From contig CM119270.1 of NCBI GenBank assembly GCA_051294375.1, forward strand, positions 2,971,213 through 3,035,212: a stretch of DNA of 64,000 nucleotides, read 5' to 3'. Below are positions 55,007 to 64,000 of this stretch, one piece after another (the first letter of the stretch is position 1; every line of letters begins with the position of its first letter). This DNA comes from Paraspadella gotoi. Lineage: Eukaryota; Animalia; Chaetognatha. A model generated the notes under the pieces. It saw only the letters and a list, made by a program, of their open reading frames with translations, was not told where the DNA came from and did no database searches. Made by a program: the position numbers and the translations under genes.

Positions 55007-55177
55007 TATGGTGGACTAAAATCCAAAGGTCCGGGGTTCTAGCCCGGACTAGCAGTTAAGAGGGACGGGACGCTTAACCCGCCTGTAACACGGTGTTACA
55101 GCCTGATCCGAAACTCAGGAACTGCTTATATTGAACGGTTCTGTCAGTAACACATAACAATAATTACTGTCTCTTCA
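55007..55177 (+). mobile_element. Family A element, copy 3 (5' half of the tRNA-like cassette deleted)
   Basis: TATGGTGGACTAAAATCC...ACTGTCTCTTCA; TSD degraded (gtag/atac). Confidence 0.75.
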
Positions 55178-55564
55178 ATACGTTCAATAATAGTTTTGAT
55201 ATATTTAATTAAAGCTATATTTCTGAAGTGCACCAAAGGGGGACATCCCAAAAATAAAATTCTTTCGTGTTCCCTTTTTTATCTTTCTCTCTCCTCTTCT
55301 CTCTCTCTCTCTTCTCTCTCTCTCCTCTCTCTCCTCTCTATGTCTCAGAAAATCAAATTATTCTGTTCCAGTCGAGGAAGTTTGAAACGGCTCTCTCTCT
55401 CTCTGTCTCTCTCTCTCTGTCTTTCTCCGCTCTCTCTCTCTCGAATCTTTTCTCAACTCGTCAATTCTAATCCCTGGCGAAAACCAGAATTTTCGGGCTT
55501 TTTTGAATAAACTTTTTGGGCTGGAGAAAAGAAAGAAGAGAGGAGGAGGAGAGATGAGGAGAGA

Positions 55565-55603
<39 letters not shown>

Positions 55604-56039
55604 CGAGAGAGAGAGAGAGAGACAGAGGTGCTAGAAAAATAGAACCGGTTTCATCGCAAACTCTTTTTTTTTTTTCCTTTTTACCGAAATTTTTTTTTCT
55701 TTCTTATCTTCTTTATTTTTGCGTCTTTTCAGGATTTCAAGCGTTTAAGTCTATCGATCGAGGGACCGAAAGGAAAAGTAGAGGGTGACACGAATTGTCA
55801 CGTTTTGCCACGGTTTGACGAAGCTGACACGTCGAGGTTTAAGGATTTCCAAAAAATAAAGAGAGAAGAGAGTGTTTTTGTGTTGAAGGTGAATCTTGTT
55901 TGAACTTTGAGAATAAATCAATCATGTACTTAGGAAAGAGGTAAGTTTCAATGTTAAGAAATTGGTTCAACCAACATATAATATACAATAGACCTCCCCN
56001 NNNNNNNNNGGGGAACTCTAATATACAATTATACATACA

Positions 56040-56310
56040 ATACTTAAGGGAGTGGTCTTTTCATACAATTGAAACATTCTTTGAAATATTATACCACTTC
56101 ATTGATAGGGAAGCCAGGTTCACTGGGAGTGAATAAACAAAACTGTGAGAGAGTCTTTATTGAAAACTTGAAGAAACCTGCTATGTTATTATCTTGTAAG
56201 TGTGATGGAGGCCTTAAACCACCAAAGCCTGTCCAAAGTCAGGGACATGATAGCTTATTTATTAAATGAATGGATAATTTTTTTATTGGTTGTACCAATT
56301 TCATATAAGT
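56040..56310 (+). repeat. Dispersed repeat. Partner at 7405-7686, inverted terminal fragment at 57028-57090, further fragments at ~34555 and ~53575.
   Basis: Shared ttattaaatgaatggataatttt..ttggttgtaccaatttcata motif. Confidence 0.8.
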
Positions 56311-57927
56311 TTAGATTAGTTATCTTGCCTCCTGGCCTCGGACAATCTATTGTGAGTTAAGACCTTTTAACTTTGTGTATAATATATATTGTTGTTTAGT
56401 AAATCTTACAGTAAATCGATATGACGAAAAGTACCATTTAATTATATATATATATTTAATTATATATTTAATTATATATAGCTACGCTGCCATCGATAGC
56501 AAGTACTACTTTTTCATTATTATTATCAAATTAAATAGTTTTAACTTCGTCGTTAGCATCAACCACTCTGATATTAAAATCATCAACGATTTTCAATAAT
56601 ATTTTAAATCATGGATCGTTCCATGTCTTCACTATCATTCTCGATAGCGCCGATAGCGATTCACTCTCAAAGCGAGTCGCACGCTTTCCGGTAACGATTG
56701 AGTTTAAATTGGGTTCCACAACAAAAGACTCTTTGCATTTAAATTCAAATTGGAGAGAAAGAAAATTGAAGGAGAAAGAGAAGAGGAAACGAAATCGAAT
56801 TGATTCATGAACTTAGTTCCTTTAATCTATTAGTCATTGTATTTGAAATTGCTAATAGTTCTTTGTAATTATGTTTATTCGGGCTCTTGATTGGCTATCT
56901 TTATTACTGTAGTCGAGCATTGCAACATGTTCATCCCGATGGTACCTAGTCCTACATTATACCAACCCAACTGTAAGTTGGTCGTGTTTATTTTTTATTA
57001 TTATTATTTATTATCTCACACGTTTTTCACTTATGAAATTGGTACAACCAATCTAAAAATTATCCATTCATTTAATAAACAAGCTATCAAGCTATCTCTA
57101 TGTGTGTTTAAATAATCTATTAATAAAATTTCTTACAAATATTTTTTAAAATACTACGCGTACTTCTTTAATGGTAACTAGAGTGATGTGAAAATGATAA
57201 AATTTTAGAAAATTAAAATTTAGCATATAAAACATGAAAAAAAAAACCAATAAAAATATTTTGGTAAATTTATTTTTTAATTTTATACATTTGTGGGCAC
57301 CAGTGAGCTATATTTATATCTTGTAATAAGTATCTAACAAGCTAAAATTTCAAAATGTAATTTTTTAAATTTAAAAAATTCTTTCATTAAATTGGTTAAA
57401 AATTTTAAAAACTATTTTTAAAACACCGATTTTTAATTTCCAGCTTAAAATTTTTTTTTTTAATTTTAACCTACTGAATGACATCATTTTTGAAAAAGGT
57501 TTATATTTTCTTTTACCAACTTTTTATGAGGAATCTGAATCTGTTCTCAGAATTTTAAAAAAACCATTTTGAAATTTTGACATTATATAAGGGTAGTACT
57601 ATATACAAAATAAGCTGACTGGGCTACTATATTTATAACAAAACAAAAACAACTACAGATTAGTATTCTTTAATATGATAGTTTTCAAGATATAACTCCT
57701 AAATTTTGATTCCAAACTTTCACTTCACCCTAATGGTAACACGAACCGCATTTAAATCAAAATTATAACCGAACAAAGAGTAAAAACTATTCCCATTTAA
57801 AAACCACTTAACAAATTTTAAAATGAACGTGGATCAAAAAATGGAATTTTTTCCCCGTCTAATTGTACAATTGTACATAATGTACATATTCGGGGTTTGA
57901 AGCCGAATTTGAGTCACTTTCTCTTCA

Positions 57928-60137
57928 TCACTCAATCTTGATTTTGATGATGTTGTCGTTGTTTCCGCCCCCAAATACATAAACCTCTCCATCAAGAAAA
58001 ACCGCCTGATGATTGCAAATGTGAAAAGATCCGGTATCCGAGAAAATCATTTCTTTCGTTTCTGCGTCGAAGATCCAAGTAGCGTGAGCTACATTTGTCT
58101 TGTCCTCGCCTCCGAGGATAATAAAGTGACGCTGAGAGATCGGGGTCATAGAGAAGTTGAAACGAGGCGACGGTTTTGTGCTCAGAAGAGGAATTTCGGT
58201 CCACCCGTTCCATTTCGTATCGAAGCACCACATGTCATAAAGCGGAGAATCACTGACTCCCCCAAAGATGTAAACCTTTTCCTTCAGTTCGGCGATGCCC
58301 ATATTTGCTCTTGGCGTCGGACGTCGTTCTTTGGTTTCGTCGAACCAACGAGACAAAGTCGGGGAAAATCGGAGAAGTTGGTTTGTACGACCTACATTAA
58401 AAAGAAAAGAAATTAAATTAAAATATTTTAAAGTAAAAATAAAATATAAGATCCATAAATAATGTTACTATTTCTAGATTTACTGTAGTAAACTGGGACA
58501 TAGGATAGAAAAAAAAAGGTTTCATTCATACAGAAATTACGAAAATATCGATTTTTATATTATTATTTATTATGTTATAAACTTTCTCTCTTTGTCTGAT
58601 ACAGAAATTACGAAAATATCGATTTTTATATTATATTTATTATGTTATAAACTTTCTTTCTTTGTCTGATAGTTTTTATTTTCTCTAGTTATATTTATTT
58701 AAATTTTCACATTATGTATCTTAACTCACAAGCGTGAACATCTCCACCAGGAAATAAGGACATTGATTTTTCACCATCATAGAGCTTTCCCCCGAAAAAG
58801 TAAAGATCTCGACCGTGACTCCAACCAACGTGATATTGTCGTTTCGCCGGCGTCGCGAAATTCCCCTTAAATTGGCTCCAAGTTCCATTGGTGTAGCTGA
58901 ACAACCTAATTTGTAATTTTACCAACTATTAAACAATTTAACTCACAAAGCATTTTTTTATTATTAGTATTTTTTTTCTGTATTATTAGATCCCAACTCT
59001 ATAATCCACTTTGTCGGTCCGTAGGTCCCCCCCCTGAATCTTGTCGGTCATTCACTTAAATCAAGTCAGAACTTCGAATTATGATAAATTATTGTGTGTG
59101 GGTAGTAAAGCTGCATATCAAATTTTTGATGGAATCGTAGGAGTGGAAAATAGTTAAAATTATTTATTTGAATTTTTAAAAGTTTCTCGCTCTCTATCTC
59201 TCTCTGATTGATTGATTTATTGATTGATTGATTGTTAATTTGGTTTAATGATTTATTGATAATTTTTTTAATAGATATATTAAGAAATCTGTTATGATTT
59301 AATTGGTTATGATTCGTTATGTTTCTCTCTCTAATTATTTATTCATGAATTTTCTTGTCACATTCATCCAACATCATTGTTTAATTTATTAATGATCTAT
59401 TATCATCACGTCAATGATTGATTATTAACATAGCTACTATTATCTCATCAATAGATCGTTATCATTTTAATAATTAATAATTGGGAATCAACAATAAAAG
59501 TGAAGATTGGGAAGTGATGATCGAGAAGTGACCATTTGGAAGTGATGTTCGGGGAAAAAAGATCTTGAAATGACATTTTTTTTCATTAATTTATTTTAAA
59601 AATAATTTTGCTGGCAAGATCACTATACTAGAAATATTTGGTTTTATGTTATGATCTGTTGTAATATGTGATGATCACAAATTAAAAGAATCATCATGAC
59701 TTATCATCTGGTTAGCTGCTTACCGCTAAATTATCGTAGGCAGATCCCACATTGTTTGCTCAAACTTGTTTAATTTTTTTTTTTATCATTTTGGAATATT
59801 TCTCACCCGTCTCTATTATAAACATATAAAACCCCTTTGTGCCAAACACCAAAAGATCCTAACGAAGAATGAGGAGGATTTCCTTGAGTCTTGATGCGAC
59901 TCCACGAATTGGTAATGTGATCGAAAATCCACATGAAGTTGGTAGGATAATTCAAAATGTTAATACCGCCCCAAATATGAATCAATCCGTTGATGATGAA
60001 GACCAGATGTCCAAAGGAAGATCCGGGCCATTTGGAAACATAATCGGCCTCATTGAAAAAAGTCTTACTCTGAGGACAAGAAATTCGCTCGACGTTTAAT
60101 TTTGATTGAATCTTGGAAAGATGAGGAATCGAAGATT
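57928..60137 (-). CDS. Kelch-repeat (beta-propeller) protein. Exons: 60137-59807, 58905-58730, 58391-57928.
   Basis: Kelch motifs IHIWGG..MWIFD..NSW, PAKRQYH..LYFFGG, PTPRANM..VYIFGG..MWCFD..W, PSPRFNFSM..FIILGG and H..VYVFGG. Splice phases (2,1) are compatible and the frame ends in TGA. Confidence 0.9.
58528..58671. repeat. ~72-bp tandem duplication in a kelch intron
   Basis: atacagaaattacgaaaatatcg...ctttgtctg occurs twice. Confidence 0.95.
58984..59770 (+). mobile_element. Degenerate HINE-like element in a kelch intron
   Basis: caactctataatccactttgtcggtccg start resembling 24675, and a CTTGTT end. Confidence 0.4.
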
Positions 60138-60192
60138 CTGAACATAGAAGTGACAAATTTTAAAATCGTTTTTTGTTAGAATACAGAGAAAC

Positions 60193-62536
60193 CTTTCTAT
60201 ATCACTTGATTGATGGGGAAGTGAAGCACTCTCGGTGTTAATCAAGTATACTTTAAAAGAGTTGATTAAAAGCTTATAGGGGCTTGCTATTGAAAAGACA
60301 GTAATTATCGTTATGTGTTAGTGACAGAACCGTTCAATATAAGCAGTCCCTGAGCTTCGGATCAGGCTGTAACACCATGTTACAGGCGGGTTAAGCGCCC
60401 CGTCCCTCTTAACTGCTAGGCGACCACATGACTTGCACCAATGGCCGCTGATGAACGGTTGGTGGATTTTAGTTCACCATACTATGTATTATTATCATGT
60501 ATACTACACAGTCTAATAAGCCAAACTATATTCTACAATGTATAAAGTATTAAGTTATTATGAAAATTTGCAAATTACTTGTTTCACTATTTTCTATTTT
60601 TATATTTTATGAAGGATTTAGTATTTAATCTTATTATTTATTCAAATATATATTGCTTTCTTTCTTAAAAATGTTTTATTTATCTAATAATTCAATTTGG
60701 GAAGGGGAAGTCAGTGTTGTCTTCTGGAAATAGAGGGAGCATCTATACAACACAAGGTTAGATTACTATCTGTCCTAGTTTTCTAATAGATATCACACAT
60801 CATTTCTGTTAGAAAGTCATTAATGAAAAATCATAATATCTAAGAGGCTATTATTATCTTATTTAGATAGTAATTGAATAGATAATAATGTAATATTTTA
60901 TGAATGAATACAATAGAAGTATTAAACAATAAAATTACCTCCCGTTATCAACTCTTGTTCATCTCCAACCTCTCCTTGATCATCCTCCAACAAGACCCCC
61001 TTCACCATCAACTCGTCGACGGCATCCCTCAACATCTCTTCGCTTTCCTCGACTTCGTCTTCAATCTTCCCACTTCTTCCTCATCTCCTCCAACCTTCGT
61101 CGAGCTTCAATCCGTCCAGACAATAAAGCCATTCGTCTTCGGATTGAGGGAAATCTTTGAAGAAGACGTGGACGATCCGCTTGAGGTCCTCGAAGGCTTT
61201 CTTGCTCTCGTCGTAAGTCATTTCTAGGATTTTGGAATGGCTTTTCGAAATTACTCCGGAATATTATCGATAACAGTGTTTTTGTCATATCACAAAGTTA
61301 TATCTATTGCAATATTAAAAATTGATTTTTTTGACCCCAAAAAACCTCCTGAATTTTGTTCAATTATAAAATTTTATAAATTTATTACTTTTTACTCTTT
61401 TAAAAGTAAAATCGTTTGAATTTTTTCTTTAATAACTGGTTTCATATCTTTAATTATAAAAAAATATAAAATGGAACACCAAAATGGCGAAATACAAAAT
61501 TACATTTCAAATTTTCTAGTCTTGGGTTCCACTAATAAATAAATGATAGTAATATTTATTTGTTTATCAATAACTTATAATCACCTTTTCCTTCGTCGAC
61601 CACGATCAAATCTCTCTTCGCCAATAAAGATTTATTTGTTTATCAATAACTTTTAATCACCTTTTCCTTCGTCGACCACGATCAAATCTCTCTTTGCCAA
61701 CAAAGATTTATTTGTTTATCAATAACTTTTAATTACCTTTTCCTTTGTTGACCACAATCAAATCTCTCTTTGCCAATAAAGATTTATTTGTTTATCAATA
61801 ACTTATAATCACCTTTTCCTTCGTCGACCACGATCAAATCTTTCTTCGCCAATAAAGATTTATTTGTTTATCAATAACTTTTAATCACCTTTTACTTCGT
61901 CGACCACGATCAAATTTTTCTTCGCCAATAAAGATTTATTTGTTTATCAATAACTTTTAATCATCTTTTACTTCGTCGACCACGATCAAATCTTTCTTCG
62001 CCAATAAAGATTTATTTGTTTATCAATAACTTTTAATCACCTTTTCCTTCATCGACCACGATCAAATCTCTCTTCGCCAATAAAGATTTATTTGTTAACT
62101 TATAATTACCTTTTCCTTCGTCGACCACAATCAAATCTCTCTTCGCCAATAAAGATTCCACCGCCATCTTAACGTCGTCATCTTCGATCTCTTCCTCGAA
62201 AATGTGACGAAATAAACTCAAGTCGCAAGATTCGAAGACTGGGACGAACTTATCGCCTATAGTTTCGCCGCTGAGTCCGTCCAGATGATCGTAGCTTCTG
62301 AGGACGTCTTGATTCTTGAGACACCACCGGTTCCAGAGGGCGCCGTCGTCCCAAGATTTAGAGAAGACCCTCTCGAGATAAACTCTGAAGAACTCGCGAC
62401 ACATTCGGGGACTCCAGCTGAGGACGGCTTCCGAGTAGCGGAGATAAAGAGCCTCGGAGATTGACGGAGAGTTGGAGACGATGTCCAGATTCGAGGGGCT
62501 TGCGAGTAGGCGGAAGAGACTTCCGGCGGCGGCCAT
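60193..62536 (-). CDS. Upstream exons of an unknown protein (62536-62110, 61223-60939, 60250-60193). Probably the N-terminal part of the kelch gene; disrupted in this assembly.
   Basis: ATG at 62536 in gccATGg context, CpG-rich ORF, phase-1 junctions compatible. There is one in-frame TGA at 61081-61083 and a phase mismatch into the exon at 60137. Confidence 0.65.
60291..60481 (-). mobile_element. Family A element, copy 4 (internal deletion in the tRNA-like part)
   Basis: TGAAAAGACAG...CACCATA on +, perfect TSD ctat/ctat. Confidence 0.8.
61553..62157. repeat. 76-bp tandem array (8 copies) of an exon end plus 5' splice site
   Basis: Units at 61581, 61657, 61733, 61809, 61885, 61961, 62037 and ~62106. 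Confidence 0.95.
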
Positions 62537-62803
62537 GACGGACGAGGAAGCGAAGTTGTGGCTTCAAAGTCAGTTGAGCTATTTTGAGAAAAACTGAATT
62601 AAAACCCACGATAAAAAGAAAAATATACGCGATAACAGTTAAAATCTTAATACAAGCCCAGGACCCGTTCCATGGCCAGGGATCAATCAACCTAAAATTG
62701 TAGAAATCTTAATTTACTGTATCTTAATCATTTTCTCACATCTTGTAAGAGGTTTTCTATTAAAAAATAATCATAGCGAATTTCCACAAAACAATTTTTC
62801 TAT

Positions 62804-62847
62804 GACGCTGAAGAAGACTTGTAAACTAAAGCCGAAACATGTACGTC
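62804..62847 (+). ncRNA. Minimal type I hammerhead ribozyme (Penelope-like element type)
   Basis: GACG-CUGAAGA-A-GACUU(GUAAACUA)AAGCC-GAAA-CAUGU-A-CGUC: full catalytic core, 4-bp stem I, stem II with one mismatch, palindromic ACAUGU stem III, and AATAAA ~10 nt downstream. Confidence 0.75.
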
Positions 62848-64000
62848 CTTATGTACTAATAAAATCGTTGTTGCAAATAAACTCAAACTTATTTCTACTA
62901 AAAAATAATCGAAAACTTTTAAAAATCTACCCAAAATGTTCATAAAAATTTAAACAAATTTTTTTCTTCAGTAAAACTAGATTTTCAAAAGAAAAATAAT
63001 TTTTTAACTGTAAGCTAAATTTCTACAACCAAATTTTTAACTTAAAACTGATTCTTTACAGTAAGCTCAATTTCTACTTCTTATATTTAATTCTTCTTTG
63101 GTACAAGTACATACTTGGAGTTGTATCACTAATAAGTCTAAAATAAACTACTCTACACATTTTTCAGACGGATTTTTATGCTTTTATAGTTTTATGAGTT
63201 AAAAAACTTATCAAATTTATTTCAAATTGACTTTTTACTTTATGTAAATGTTTATATCATAATATAGTTGCCCTATTTTCAAGGGAATCTCTGAAAAAAA
63301 AAATAAAATCTGAATTAAAAAAAATTAAAAACAGTAAGCCATTTTTTTAAGACATTGGCGTTTAACAAACTCCATCATCACATCCCGTATGTATGTTGTG
63401 GTGAATCTTGCAAAAGTAACGAGTACAGAATTTAACTTCCTTGACGAAGTGAAGTTAAAAACGAAGAGTTGCAGCTCAAACCGTTGGACTCTTCTTGAAG
63501 AAAAAAATATATTGGGCAAGAAAGGAAAGGTGGGGGAGATTCTATGAGCGCCTTTTTGGAAAAATGTTTTTCGTTTCAAAGATATTAAAGAATTAATCCC
63601 AAAAATTGACTAAAATAATCAAATTTTCTATGAAGGAAGGCAAATTATGAAAGTATCTTTTCATAGAATTGGAGTTCGTTACCTAAAGGTAATTCATGCC
63701 AAATTTTATGAGAAACCGCCTTACCGTTTGGGCTGCAACTCTTCAAATAGGTTTCTTTTATTTTATATAGTACAAAAAAATTCGAAAAAACGATGACGCC
63801 TTTGAAAAAATAGTAAAGTGAAAACATTTTCGGAATCGTCAGGAGCTCTCCTTTCGAAATCCGAGCTCGGCTTTAGCCTAATTATAATTTGAATTGAGTG
63901 ATCCCGGACCTTAAAGAAGTTGGGGATAGCACTCTTCAGCCCCACTTAGCGCCTTATCCACGCTGGGTCGCGACCGAAGGTGTCATGCTTAAAGGCGGGG

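Noticed and set aside
60291-60481. Hammerhead (CTGATGA at ~60448) or Helitron interpretation of family A
   Set aside because: No GAAA partner for a hammerhead; fixed ends with 4-bp TSDs fit integrase-type insertion better than a Helitron.
61081-61083. Selenocysteine UGA
   Set aside because: No redox-motif context and no convincing SECIS downstream of 57928. Compensating indels or a nonsense mutation are simpler explanations.
63325-63945. Short minus-strand ORFs at the window end
   Set aside because: No recognisable motif or consistent splice structure.

Overview
Eukaryotic (probably invertebrate animal) scaffold segment. It is AT-rich, very rich in microsatellites (GA/TC, GAC, GGC, ATT, GAAT) and has many N gaps. 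Recognisable genes are sparse. (1) A spliced EndoU/XendoU-family endoribonuclease on + (~11.3-13.5 kb) with 6-7 phase-compatible exons and the FEHVF and HNW catalytic motifs. (2) A kelch-repeat protein on - (57.9-60.1 kb), apparently preceded by upstream exons to 62.5 kb that carry an in-frame TGA and a 76-bp tandem array duplicating an exon/intron junction. (3) A GC-rich, stop-riddled spliced pseudogene-like unit on - (0.2-4.4 kb). The 20-55 kb interval has no identifiable coding exon. Mobile DNA includes two related families of ~230-bp solo-LTR-like elements with 4-bp TSDs and an embedded tRNA-Gly-like Pol III cassette (Helenus-type TRIM-like), three Penelope-type minimal hammerhead ribozyme motifs, a TTAA Kolobok-like element, Helentron/HINE-like elements and MITEs with TTAGGG-like interiors. 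A ~2.4-kb inverted duplication (4.8-11.0 kb) is most likely an assembly or haplotype artefact. All calls were made by eye, without database searches.
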